A DNA stretch of 60,274 nucleotides, the filler included, from Stramenopiles sp. TOSAG23-2 (lineage: Eukaryota): NCBI GenBank assembly GCA_900128395.1. It is 6 parts of 6 records of this genome, joined end to end, with 100 filler letters (N's around TTAATTAATTAA, not from the genome) between each part and the next. Parts side by side here need not be neighbours in the genome. Positions count along the whole stretch, not along the records: positions 30,215 to 40,175 come from LT650056.1; positions 40,276 to 50,225 come from LT650057.1; 4 more parts are not named here. The stretch is one strand, 5' to 3'. How positions within the stretch are numbered: position 1 is the first letter of the stretch; every line of letters begins with the position of its first letter. The notes below the pieces were generated by a model. It was not told where the DNA came from. It searched no databases and worked only from the letters and a program-made list of their open reading frames with translations. Shown piece after piece: positions 33,555 through 46,694 of this stretch. A program made the position numbers and the translations under genes.

Positions 33555-34813
33555 ATGAGAATATTGGTATTATTATATACAACTTTAGTGATTATCATCA
33601 CCCTCGAGTGTTTGGTGGTTCAAAACAAGGCATGTAAATCAGGACAGCATTCGGGTCGTAGACTAAACGTTGACGTGGATAAGGCATTAAACGTTGATGA
33701 GGCACTATTAAACGTTGACGGGGATGAAACATTTGTAAGCGGGGCGTTTAATCGTGAATTATTGTCCCGGCGAAGGTTAAGTCATACTTGTTACTGCGAT
33801 CCTCATGCTGGTTGCCCGCCGGCCACAACTTGTGATCAATGTCGTTGCACATCAAGTAATTGCTATTGTTCCAAGTATAAACCAGCTCCGTCTCCATCAC
33901 CTCCACCAGAAGTGTGCATTGATTGTGATGCAGGAACATATGGCAATAATTGCGGTCAGACCTGCCCCGGTGGGAAATATGGCGGTAAAAAAGGACAAGC
34001 TACAGAAGCCAATGCATGTCCTAACAACTGCCCTGTTGGTAAATATGGATCAAAATGGGCTCCGTACAAAAATGACGCATGTCCAGAAACATTTTAAAAC
34101 AAAATAATAAACAAAAACGAAGATTAGGTGGAAATTCCCCACTTGACAATGCATTTTGCCCAGTAGTGACGATGAATGATGTAAACCAATATACATCAAT
34201 GAAAGATGAATATTGTACTGGTTATGCTCATATTGATTTAAATCATCCCGGTACAGTTATTAATTTAGCTGTTATGACTCCATGGGATATACCAAAAGAT
34301 ATACTTGTCTTACTTGGTTCACGTAAACAAGGACGTTATGAAATTAGTGATGACTGTCCAACACCAATGTTCACTGCAAATGATATATCATTACAAAATA
34401 TTGATGGTATGGATTTATTTATTATTAAATTAGATTCCACGTCACCGAATGGATATTTACAAAAAGAATTACCACAATGTGGTACAACAAATAATGTGGC
34501 GTCAAAGCCGCACATACCAAAAACAACGATTGATGTAAAGATTTGGCTTGATCATGATTCATGTTGTCCAGATACAAAAGATTATCAAGTGTGCAAAGCA
34601 ATAAAATGTTTAATTACCGATCGCCCAAATGGTATTACAAAAGTGAATGATCCATGGACGAATCAACAAATTGGATATAATTACGATGTGATTGGTACGA
34701 CCTTTAAAGCAACATGTGATAATAAAGCAAATAATCAACAATGTGGCAGTAGTAATTCTAGACGTAGACGATTGCTTCAAGATGAATATGGTAATAGTGG
34801 GGAGAGACTTTAG
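33555..34813 (+). CDS. Secreted Cys-rich proprotein with several RRL sites; apparent 1-nt frameshift near 34090
   Basis: MRILVLLYTTLVIIITLEC signal peptide (ATG 33555); CDAGTYG/CPGGKYG/CPVGKYG repeats. ORFs 33423-34097 and 34079-34813 overlap, and adding one A at gaaacatt fuses them (CPENILKQ). Confidence 0.7.
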
Positions 34814-34962
34814 GCCAAAAATGAAAAATATTCCGACCGAATAGTACAAATTTTTGTGATGCTTAGATGTATACGGTGTTTGTGTTTGTGGTGCTTGTGA
34901 CATACGGTGTTTGGGTGCTTGAGTTGAAAAATAGTGGGGTTATTTATATATGATATACCGTT

Positions 34963-35184
34963 GTCCAACGCGTTCAACGTTCGAACATGTTGGAAGGATA
35001 GAAACCTACTTGTGCTTGTAGAGTATTAGTTTGCAGAGGTGCATTAGAGCTTTACTATAGTAGGATAACATATATTATTCTTGCGATTGAGTATTGAGCA
35101 TATTACTTAACACGAGAAGTGTAAAAATATGCATATTACTTTAACACGAGAAGTGTAAAAATATTATAACTTAGATTTTAACCA
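34963..35184. mobile_element. Dispersed repeat family R1 copy, plus an inverted terminus fragment near 35256
   Basis: Near-identical to about 23805-23992; small internal duplication of catattacttaacacgagaagtgtaaaaatat. Confidence 0.8.
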
Positions 35185-35347
35185 TTAATAATATATATGA
35201 TATACGAGTATGATACGAGTATATATAACTTTAAATTTAAATTATATTTTTGATGTGGTTAAAATCTACATAAGTTATATATATCATACGAAAATGTAAA
35301 ATCAAATAAGCTTTTCACATATACTCGGTATTAAAAATTATTTCTCC

Positions 35348-38300
35348 CTATTTCACTCTTTCTGCATTTTTCACTAAATTCCAATACAAATTTTCCATTT
35401 GCATTAACATCTCATGACTCCCGGATTCAACAATACAACCTTCCGATACAACTAAAATTAAAGTTGAATTTTGTATTGTAGATAATCGATGTGCAATCGT
35501 TAACGTAGTTGTATTGCCCAAAGCCGTCACATTATCAAGAGCATCTTGCACTTCTTTTTCTGCATTAGCATCAAGTGCCGAAGTTGCCTCGTCCAACAAT
35601 AATATCTCTGGCTTTCTCAGTAAACTTCGCATAATACACAAACGTTGCTTTTGCCCACCACTTATTTTCTGTCCTTTTGCACCTAGCAATGCGTCGTCCC
35701 AAGTTAACGAAATACTATTTGTTTCATCTCCAGCTGGTTTTATAAAATCAATATTACAAGCATTTGCAAGTTTTTCGAATTGCTCGTTTGAAATTCCTTC
35801 TGTTTCTAATTCAGATATACCAAACATCACATTATCCCGTGCACTTATATTGAAGAGGACTGGTTCCTGGCCAACATATCCAATTCGTCGTCTAAATTCA
35901 CATAACGATGCTACATTTTTTAAATCTTTTATCGTCTCAATACCAAGTTCATCATCTGAAAATGTAACCAAGATACTTCCACTGGTTACACCATTTAAAA
36001 CCATAGGATCATAAAATCGTTGTAGCAGCTGGAAGATTGTACTTTTGCCACCACCAGAAGGCCCGCATAAACCTATTGATTGGCCTGCAGAGATTTTAAA
36101 ACTTAAATTTTTCAACACAGGTACAGAAGCTCTTCCTGGGTAATTAAAACAAACATTTTTAAATTCTACTTGTTTAATTTTCATAGATTTTGTAATACGA
36201 TAACCATCATCTATATCATTTTCAGAAACATGGTTTTTATTATTCCAATGAAACCAATTTTGGTTGATAAGATGTCTTCGTAATTTATACATTAATAGAT
36301 CTGCATTGGTATGTTCTAAAATTTCTTTTTTAATTATAGTTGAATAATCAATATCTTCCACGCTAACACTACCTTCTTCTTCTTCTTCTTTCTTCTTCTT
36401 TTCTTTTTCTTTCTTTTCTTTATCTCTTTTTTTCCACCTCAATTTTAACATTTTATAATTCTTTTTTTGAATTGCATTTGCGTTTTTGTAATGCTCCGCA
36501 TTTTTCATCTTTTCACTGCTGCTATTATTGTTATTTCCAGAAGATACGGCAGGATAACCACAAACTGTAAAATCTTTTGTTTGTACATTTGGTTTTCGAT
36601 CAATCATTCCAAACATAAAAGCTGCAGCAGCTCTACTTTTAACTGCATCTGGAAGCCAACCACCACTATACGATGCTGCTTGCGCACCGGAGACTATGCA
36701 CATCACACATAAAAACATATTTTTGAAACTTAAGCCTTCATGTTCCATTAAATAATTGCCATAGCCAAAACCGACAATATAAAAACCAAATGAAAAAGCA
36801 TTTGCAATGCCGCTAATAGTACCTCTTGCTCGTGCACGTTTAATGTCGCGATTTAAAATTTTTTTCATGTTTACAACGTATAATAAACATAATTGCTCTG
36901 CCGCGTGTATTCCTAAGGATCGTATCGTTCGTAAATTGATAATACCCTCATTCACAACATTACCAGCAGCAGATAATTGTTTATCCTCTTCTTTGAGCCA
37001 ATCCCCTTGTTCATTAATTTTTGAGTTATACCATATAAATCCAATAAAAAAAGGTATGCAACATGTAATAACCAAGGCGAGTTTCCAGGCAAAGAAGAGT
37101 CCTAGTATGATACCACCTAACAAACCACTTATGCCATTAATATTTGTTGCTAGTTGGAAACCAGTCAACATACTAATTTGCCATGCCTTTTCAGAGATTA
37201 ACGCCGATATCGCCCCTGGACTTTGCTCTGGTTTATCTTCTTCTTCAAAATATGAGACATCTTGGCCCAGTAAACTTTCAACAACTAAATATTTTAATCT
37301 CATCTCTATTTGGCCACCATTATAGCCAAAAATGATTTGTGTTATTAATTGGCTGCAGTACCCGACTATACAAAGCACTATGTACCATAAACATATAAAA
37401 TTAATTTGTTCTTTCATTTCGTATTTATCTGGGTTATAAAACGCCCCCATGCTTTCAACAATTAATAATGATGATATTGGCGAAATCATTCCTTGAATAA
37501 TAGAGATGAAAAACGCGGGGATATACATTAATCTTTCCAACGGTGTGTTTAGATAAAATAAGCGTTTTAAATAATTTTCTTTCTTGTATGTCTCCGCACC
37601 AAGTTTAGTTAACTTTCTTTCCCTTTCACTTTTTTTTTGTGTTTCCTCCCACGTCGTGCTAGTGTTTTGTTTTTTTGAAGAGTTAGAACGACCATTAGTA
37701 TTCTTATTTAACTTATCTTCACGAATTTGTTCATGATTTTTTATCATTTTATTAATGCTCTTACCACTTGTTTTAAATTTTAAACCATCTTCCTTCACTT
37801 CTTTTGCTTCTTGAAGTTTGATCAAATTAAAATATTCTCCTTCATTATTATATAATTCTTCATGAGTGCCTTGTTCTAAAATTTTGCCTTCTTTTAAAAC
37901 AAAGATATTATCCGAGTTTTTCACTGTACTAAGGCGATGTGCAATCGTTAAAATAGTACAATTCATGTTTTTCAATAACAAATCAAGCGTTTCTTGTACC
38001 ATTTTTTCAGATTGATAATCCAATGCCGAAGTGGCCTCGTCTAATAATAAAATAGATGGCTTTCGTATTAATGCACGTGCTATTGCAATTCGTTGTTTTT
38101 GTCCCCCTGATAGATTTAATCCTCCAGTACCAGGCATAGTATTTAAACCATTTGGCAATGACTCGATCAGATCCCAAATTAATGAATCCTGGCAAACTTG
38201 CTTTATTTCATCATCTTTCACCTCCCGTTGGAGCCCAAGTACTATATTTTCACGGATTGTTAATCCGCCAAAGAGGACTGGTTCTTGCGTGCTTGTGGGG

Positions 38301-40111
38301 CATGGCGTATGAATGAATGATGTGTTAGAGAGGGTATCTTTCTTAGGTTTCGGGGAATAGAATTTACTTACACATAAGAAAGTGTACGGCGATATTTATT
38401 AATATCAATATCTCGAATATTAGTTCCTGAAATTGAAATTTCCCCATCATCAACATCATAATAACGTTCTAACAATTGCGCTATTGTAGATTTTCCACTT
38501 CCTGATTGTCCTACCATAGCCACTTTTTGCCCTTTAAAAATTTCAAAATTTACATTCTCCAAGACAGGACGTAAATCATCTGTACCTTTATTTTTAATAT
38601 CATCATCGTCGTTTGTTTCATCCCTTGTTTCCGTTTCTTTCTTCGTGTTATTTTCATTACTATTCGTATCATCGTTATCTTTAGTTGTAATTTTCTTTCT
38701 TGATGGATATTGAAACGTTATATTTTTAAATTGTATGATAGGTAATGTTTTGCCATCTTCATTAAGTACTACTTTATTTATATCAATCATTTTATTATCA
38801 TTATTGCTGTTGTTATTATTAGAATCTGCAATATATGCGAGTTCAATGCTATCCATCGCATCGATTTTTTTTTCCATTTCAAAATATGTTTTTAGAGCTG
38901 GTTTTGCTTTTCCATATGCAGTTACCCACGGACCAACACCCATCAATCCTGATAAAAGAGGAGAAATCCCAGCAACAAGTTAGAGATTGTTTCTATTATA
39001 ATTGAAGCAATGCAAATTTTTAGAGGAAGAAGAAGAAGAAAAAGGAAATTGTTTTATTAAACTTACCCATAACACCCATTACCAATGCAAAATACACTGT
39101 GATCACATCGGCGCCTGTAAATGGTTCTCCTGTACGTGGATTAATTTCATTCTCAAATATTAAATATCCACCATAATACATTCCAACACATTGAATAACA
39201 TAAATACCAACAGAGATTAATCCAACCATCAATCCCATTCGTATACTAGTTTGCAATCCGTCTTGGCGTGCATATTCTTGAAAAACGAGATATTTTTCAC
39301 ACTCTTGATTTTGCGCATTTAATGATAATATTGTTTTTAAATTCATTAATGCTTGTGTGACAACTTCTCCAGCACGTCTATGGTGACTATATTGATTAGT
39401 AGTAAGCGAACTCATCATTGCTCCCCAACAACAAATAGCAATCAATAGAATTGGAATTGCTGCAGAAATCACTAATGCAATTCGCCAAGCAAAATACATT
39501 GCAATTGTGTAACCCGATATGAATTGAAAAACAGATTGCAAAACCATACCAAGTTGTTGCCCAGATGCATCTTTCAATGCATTTGTATGCTGAGACATAG
39601 ATACGGGTACGCCATATACATCCAAATCATCATAATGCTTCATATCTAATAATAATACTTTTCTTAAATATGCTTCTCTGAATTTAAACACTTGCATTTC
39701 AGCGCCTACACTAAAACAAAGGTTGTTCAAAAATCCGGATGCAAACATTAAAATGGTAAATATTAAAAAAAAGGTTAAAGTTCCATCAACTTCGGAAGAA
39801 TCATATTTTTCATTTTTCGCGACAACTACGCCATTATTATTATTATTATTATTGCTATTAACTGATGCATTAATTATGTTTGAAGAATTCGCCAACGATA
39901 CTGGAATGGTTGTATCAACACTTTGTGCTAATACAGCACCAAAGAAAATTGCCATCGAAGGCATAAGTATGCCTTGTATCATTGCACAAACAGCACCAAT
40001 AATATATAATAATTTAATTTCAATAGCATTTGCAAAATAAAATAAATCTTTAAATCCAACATTGATTACTATTGGTGGTGATGGTGATTTTTTATCAACA
40101 ACTTTACTCAT
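35348..40111 (-). CDS. ABCB1: Full-length ABCB (MDR/P-glycoprotein) transporter, 3 exons: 40111-39067, 38948-38372, 38291-35348 (1521 aa)
   Basis: TMD-NBD-TMD-NBD; Walker A GQSGSGKST and GPSGGGKST; LSGGQKQRIAIAR, LLLDEATSALD, IAHRLST. Splicing restores the frame (VMG|LMGV and SYV|TQEPVLF). Confidence 0.93.
38292..38371 (-). other. Spliceosomal intron 2 of the ABCB gene (80 nt)
   Basis: GTAAGT donor, CTCTAAC branch point, AAG acceptor; removal restores the conserved Q-loop. Confidence 0.88.
38949..39066 (-). other. Spliceosomal intron 1 of the ABCB gene (118 nt)
   Basis: GTAAGT donor, CTCTAAC branch point, polypyrimidine tract and CAG acceptor; frame preserved. Confidence 0.88.
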
Positions 40112-40175
40112 GATTTGATGAGTTGTTGTATTATTACAATAATAACAATATAACTGATCAATGAAATTATTATAT

Positions 40176-40275
40176 NNNNNNNNNNNNNNNNNNNNNNNNN
40201 NNNNNNNNNNNNNNNNNNNTTAATTAATTAANNNNNNNNNNNNNNNNNNNNNNNNNNNNNNNNNNNNNNNNNNNN
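40176..40275. other. Artificial contig-joining spacer
   Basis: 44 N + TTAATTAATTAA + 44 N. Confidence 0.98.
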
Positions 40276-40293
40276 TACTGTTTACGATTCAAC

Positions 40294-43200
40294 ATGCAAG
40301 CAGTCTTATCAGTTGCTACCTTGCCTTTACGGGGATATTTAACAGAATTGATATTGGAGCAATTATCATACTTTATACGCAAAGATTCTCTGAATGTAGA
40401 TCAATTAACAATTGGTGGTAACCTTATATTATATAATTTAGAGCTGAAGTTAGATGTATTACGCGAGACTCTTGGTGTTCCATTAACGTTTGACATATCG
40501 CGTGGCTTCATTAAAAAACTAAGTGTAACAATACCATGGACGAATTTATTTGGACAGCCTATTGAACTTTTGATTGATACCATATTAATTGTCATTCGTT
40601 CTAAAACAGAAGCAGAAATGAAACATACAGCACATACAACTTGTCAAACTATCCCAACCAATCCTACATCCTCTACTGTAGGAAATAATAATAATCATGA
40701 AAATAATAATGAAAATGTAAATAATAACTATAATTCAAATATGAACAACGATAATGGAAATGCTGAACCTAGTGGTGTTGCAGGTATAGCAGATGATTGG
40801 ACACGCGCTGTGTTGACAAAAATACTTGCAAATACATATATTACAATAAGAGATTTAATATTTAAATATGAAGCTCCTAGTGGACCGACTGTGATGGTAA
40901 CTTTAAGAACTTTCAAATGTTTTTCAACGGGGCAAGGGAAAGATGCTGAGCATTGGTCAGAACCAGAGGGTGATGAACGTTTTATGGACAAGGTCGGTGT
41001 TATAGATGATCTTTCTGTCAGCTTATCCCGTTACGATCATGCATTAAGAGGGGCTAATGATAAACCAATCATATCACGTGCGACTATTAGTGCACGAGCT
41101 CGTTTTGCATTAAATCCCTTGCCACGGGATGTTGTAGATTATGCAATTAATGAAAATCCAAATCCATTTGGACCGCATTTTTACATCGAAGTTTTTATTC
41201 CATTTTTAGAGGCTAGTATTACACAAAATCAAGTTGAAATGATCGAGTTGATTAAATATCGAGCGATACAATCAGAAAAAGAACTGGCAATGTATGTGAT
41301 AGAAGCTAAAGCTGCTGCTGAAAAACAAGCCAAACTTTTAGAAGAAGCAAGAGCACGAGAAGCGAAGGAGCGAGAGGAAAGGCGCAGAAAAGAAAACTTA
41401 TTAAATGGGGGTACAGGGAGCAGTAATAATGATTTAAATGGATCAATAGATATTGATTTGACAAATATTGATATGAACAATAATGAAGATGATAATGTTA
41501 ACGGTATGTTAGATGAAAGTTACAATGTTAGTAGTATTAACAACAGTACATGGAGTCAATGGGCATGGGATGTTTTGTTGGGCGAGGATGAAACGTTTGA
41601 TGAAGACGGTGAAATGAATAATAATAATAGCAATCATGGAAATGACAATAGCAACCATTATTATAATGATGACAACAATGAAAATACTAGCAATTATAAT
41701 TCATCTATGAAGAATAACACGCCAACCAACAATGATATAAATAGCAATAATAACAACCACGGTAACAAGAACCTGTCGAAAGATAGTAATAATAAAAAAA
41801 CTGGTGCGACATATACATTGATTGAAGTTTGTGCTGACCATATTGCTTTATCATTATGTCAACAACGAAAACAACGTCTTCCTCATCTAACAAACGGAAA
41901 ATGCAAGTCCCTACACCTAGAGGTATCGTTGAAATAGAATATGATGATAGTGACGATGATCGTAAACGCCGTAATAACCAATTAGCTTTAACACCTATTG
42001 CGACTTTTATTTTTTCTTCATTAAATGCACAAGTAAGAATGTCCAATTCAGAATTAATAGAAAAAAGTGTTGTTAATATCTTGCTTGATTTAGGCTCATT
42101 TGTAGCAACTGATGGAAAACCGGACAGTATCAACTCGTTTATTGTGTGGGGTGGACGTCGCGCAAATGATTCAATTGTTGCTTTCCATACTGTTAAAAAT
42201 AGAAGTCGTTCGTTATCCGAGACAACACCACCTCCATCACCACGTGTTTTCAGTAGTCGAAGGCGAAGTCAGGAAAGTTCTACAGGCAGTATTTTTGATA
42301 GTATTAATCAACCGAAAGCAGCATTATCCAGCGGAAAACTTACTATCTATGAAGAGCAAATTAGTTTTGAGGGTGAAGCCGGAGACTTAGAATTATTACT
42401 GTCTCCTGAAGCAGTAAGTCGACTAATGAAATTTAGTAACGCATGTACAAATATTTCTATTGATGATAATGTCAAGAAAGTTGATAACAATAGTACACAA
42501 CAACAAGAAAAACAACAACAAGAAAAACAACGTGATAACAACAACAATAATTTGAAGAGTAAAAACAATGAAACAACACGTAGTACTATTCTCGAAATCA
42601 ATGAAGAAATGGAAGAAGAAAATGATGACAACGCGAAGGAAGAAGTATCTGCGAAAAACATAATTTGTTTTGCTACGTTAAGTAGTTTAAATATTAGTTT
42701 ATTTGATCAAGAGAATGGAAATGAAATTATGCATGGAGCCCTACAAGATTTTCATTTACACCTTGGTAAGAAAAGTGCAAGTATAATGGTGAATAGATTT
42801 CAAATCGATCTACAGCCTGGTGTTGTGTTTTTATTGATTGAAAATCCTGGTTTGGGATTAAATATTGTATATGAAGGTGTTGGTATAGAAACAGTAATGA
42901 TCGATGCTGGAAACATCGTACTTAACGCTAAAGGTCCAATGGTTAGTACATTTATGGAAGCTCTTGCGCTTAATTTGGATGCATTGTATGGTAAAGATAG
43001 ATATGTAAAAAACGAGAAACTCGGCGATGATTTTGCGGGAAACAATGTTAACAGTATGAAAATAGATCTACATAATAGTAACAACAACAACAATAATAAT
43101 ATAGAACAACGACAAAATATAAATGCAGATAGTTCTAATAGTAATAACAATAATACAACAATCTCCCCTAAAAAAGCGAAGGAAGTTAAAAAGTGGTATT

Positions 43201-43772
43201 ATCCATCGCTAGGTAGTGTTGAAGTGTCTAGAATACATATGCATGTTAGCACTAGTGGAGTGACTGGGGCATCAATTGAATTTGCACCTGTACGGTTGTC
43301 AAACATTAGACGATCCTCTCGAATTATGTTGGAAGAATTATGGGCACATTACGCAGCCGATGCATTGTTAGCTGTTCCAGGTCTGTTCGGTTCTCTAGAT
43401 ATTTTTGGAAATCCAGCAGGTGTAATACGGGAGTTACGCGATGCATTTAAAGCTCTGGGCGAAGGAAAAGGTGCTACAGCAGTAAAAGGTGCATCTGGAG
43501 CATTTTTAATCCCAATGGAACGGATTTCTAGATCAATAAAGAATGTGGCGGAGGGTATATCATTTGGCCCTGCTTCAGGTTTTGTTGTCGCACCTATACG
43601 AAAATTAGCAGAAGCGTTTGAAGGCTTTGCGACCGGGGGTAGAGAAGTATTAGGTGTAAATCAAGCTTTACCATCGGTTATGAGGGAATTAAAATGCCCG
43701 AATCAAATAAATACTTCTCGCAGAGGCTTTAATGATGATGAATTGCGTGGAATGCCTATGTTGACCGTATGA
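40294..43772 (+). CDS. VPS13: Short VPS13(B)-like bridge lipid-transfer protein (about 1160 aa) split by an apparent frameshift at about 41856-41880
   Basis: Chorein_N (GNLILYNLELKLDVL..GFIKKLSVTIPWTNLFGQPIELLIDTI) in ORF 40294-41937; VPS13 C-terminal region (LWAHYAADALL..GSLDIFGNPAGVIREL) in the overlapping ORF 41856-43772. Confidence 0.78.
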
Positions 43773-44137
43773 TTCTTTGTCATATACTATTTTCGTAAAT
43801 ATATGTTTATCATTAATGACAGAGAGGAATGATACACACTTTTTTTAATAATAATATCTCTTATGTATTATTTAAGGTTTTTACTATAGGAATATGCTCA
43901 GTCATAGTCTAGACTCAGGCCTAGAAAGAATGTCGTCTGACGACGCAAACTACTCACTCAGGCCATCATAAATATATATATATCTTGATATATGATAAAT
44001 TATAATCTCAAATTATATGTCACATATTCGTACATACTTTTTTTTATTTTTACAAATTTAAAAACAAAGGCTCTCTTGTTTTATACAAAAACGCATACCA
44101 TAATACACACACACACACACACAGACACACACTTTTT

Positions 44138-45943
44138 TTAAAAAGTTACAAGACCTTTCTCCCCTTGCACTTTAGCAAAAGCTGGCACGGTTTTACCAGA
44201 TGGTCCGGGCAATGCTTTTTCTCCTTGTGGAGGTGCTTCGTATGGAGATGTAAATGGTTGTGCAGTTGGTTTGTTTTGATTTTCTACCATGCGTCTTCTT
44301 GCTTCTTCTGGCATTGGTCCTGGATCTGGTACTGGAGGTAAATCATTATTATTTCCTTTTCTTAATTCAGGCATTGACGCTGACATTTTTTTACCTTTCT
44401 TTTTTTTCTTTTTCTTTTTCTTTTTTGGTGATGTTACGTCACTTAACAATGCACCTGCTTTATCCCATTGTTTTGTTAATCTCAATGCTTCTAACCCTTT
44501 CGCTATTTGATCACGTTGAATTTTTACTTGGATAGCAGCTGCTTTTCTTTTTTGCAACATACGTTGTTTTTCTCTTTCCATTCTTGCTACTTTTTCTTCA
44601 TCAGCTTTGATTTTTCGTAACGTTTGTAAACGTTTATATTCAGCTATCCGTTTTTGTCTCTCGACATTCAATCGCTTTTGCTCTTGGGATAAATTGATAC
44701 GTTCACGTTTCAGCAAATGCATCCTACGTTGTTGATCCATTACTTGAGCCAATGCTTCATTACCACTTTCTTGCCTAGCCATCAATTCATGCACACGCAT
44801 CTCTTCTTCCCTACGTCTTTCCTCCAATATCATCTTTCGTTTCCGTTCATTCAACTGATTTAATTTTTGTTGTTCTTTTCTTTCCAATTCTTCTTGCATT
44901 GCACGTTGTTTCCTACGTGCTTCACTTTCTCTTATTCTGTTGTCATAGTCAAGTTTTCTTTGCTCCTCGAGTCTTTCCAGATTTTTTTGTGAACCTTCAA
45001 TACGTCTACGTATCATTTCACGTTTCCTTTGCATTTCTCTTTTCTTTTCCTCTTTTTTCTTTCTTAAAAATGCTTTTCGAGCTTTTTCAGCTTCTTGCAT
45101 TTCCGCTAACCTAGCAGCAACGGCATCTGATTGTTGCTTTAAAATTCTTGCAGTCTCTTGCCTACGCTCTTCTGCTTTTCTCATACGTTCCGCCTCTGCT
45201 TTTCTAGCCTCAATTGCTCTTATTTTGTCTTGACGTTTCTTTTCTGCGTTTAATTGTGCCTCCTCTAAATACTGTTGGTTTGCTAACGCACGTCTTTTCT
45301 TCTCCTCCAATTCTTCCTCTGCTTGGCGTTTCAATGCTTTCATACGTTGCTCCTCCGCTTTCATCTTTTGTCGTCTTAAAGTTTCCCTTTTCTTTCGTTC
45401 TTGTCGTTTCATTTCTTCTGCTAATTTACGTTGAGCTTGTTCCTGAATTTGTGCAGTTTTCATTTCAAATGCCAATAACTGCTCAATTTCCTTCTGTTGT
45501 CTTCTTTGCATTTTTGCCAATCGTTTAGCCTCCATTTCTATCATGGTCGACTCTTTCTTCTCTTCCTCAGCCTTCATTTGAGCTGCTATTGAACTAGTTG
45601 CTTTACCACCTCTTCGTTGCTTTGCAACATCTGCATTAATAATAGCAGTCCGAGCTTTACGCAATGATTTCATAATACTATGTCGTCTTTCACTATAAAC
45701 TTCATGTCTCATTCCTTGACGTGATGCGTCAATACCAGGTTCCCAAAATGAGTCAAGATCACGGATACGTAATTGTTCTGGATCTATACCTTCCCTTAAA
45801 CATGCCTCTGCAGAACGCGGAGACAAAACATACCGTGGAGGTGCAGGAAAATCATTGTATGCTTTAACAGTACTAACACTGGTAAATAAATCTTCTATCG
45901 TCAACGCACGTTTCTTCTTCCTACTTTTTTTTCCTTCATCCAT
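44138..45943 (-). CDS. Long charged coiled-coil protein, possibly flagellar/cytoskeletal
   Basis: 601 aa; N-terminal SPRSAEACLREGIDPEQL motif followed by an E/K/R/Q-rich helix. Confidence 0.85.
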   Translation of the reverse strand: MDEGKKSRKKKRALTIEDLFTSVSTVKAYNDFPAPPRYVLSPRSAEACLREGIDPEQLRIRDLDSFWEPGIDASRQGMRHEVYSERRHSIMKSLRKARTAIINADVAKQRRGGKATSSIAAQMKAEEEKKESTMIEMEAKRLAKMQRRQQKEIEQLLAFEMKTAQIQEQAQRKLAEEMKRQERKKRETLRRQKMKAEEQRMKALKRQAEEELEEKKRRALANQQYLEEAQLNAEKKRQDKIRAIEARKAEAERMRKAEERRQETARILKQQSDAVAARLAEMQEAEKARKAFLRKKKEEKKREMQRKREMIRRRIEGSQKNLERLEEQRKLDYDNRIRESEARRKQRAMQEELERKEQQKLNQLNERKRKMILEERRREEEMRVHELMARQESGNEALAQVMDQQRRMHLLKRERINLSQEQKRLNVERQKRIAEYKRLQTLRKIKADEEKVARMEREKQRMLQKRKAAAIQVKIQRDQIAKGLEALRLTKQWDKAGALLSDVTSPKKKKKKKKKKGKKMSASMPELRKGNNNDLPPVPDPGPMPEEARRRMVENQNKPTAQPFTSPYEAPPQGEKALPGPSGKTVPAFAKVQGEKGLVTF

Positions 45944-46694
45944 CTTTCACCAAAATCAATTATAAATTTAAAAAAAGAAGAAAAGGATTAAACAAATGTA
46001 CATATAAACACAGAAATCTTTGTTCGTTTTTTTCCACCAACAATTTCTATAATGCAATATGAATTTGTTGGATCTACTAATAATATATAATTATTTAATT
46101 ATTGCAACGTTATTAGCAACATTACGCGTCCGCCGTCCCGCCCTCACCAGCTCACATATATAACAAGAGAATAACGAATATATCATGAGATCGCTAGCCT
46201 GGCTAGCTAAACCTGGTAATCCTTTTAGTCTATTTAGTATACAGATGTACGTACTTTATTATTGATATATATTCCCTAAGTGGTGGGGGTGAACATTGTG
46301 ACAGTGTTTTTTTACAAAACTACAGTACCAGGTACTATACTGCTACTATTATGATACACAGTGATACTTTGTGTGTGAACACCAGTGTAATCTGATAATT
46401 TACCTGGTGTACCTTTGGTAACGTCTTTTTGCTCATCACATCACACCAGCACACTCTGGCACACCACATAATAGGTGGTAGAACTGGTAGAGCTATTAAT
46501 ACAGTACCAAGGTAGCTATACCTTGTATTAATATTAGCAAATCACACGATCATCATCATCATCATCGGATAGTATATAAGACCAAACTATTTTAACTCTT
46601 TGAGTAATAATAGTATGCGCGCAATTTTTTCGTAGATATAGACTGGTGTAGATAAAAGAAATAACCATTCCCGAAAAAACGAGGTCGTTAACAA

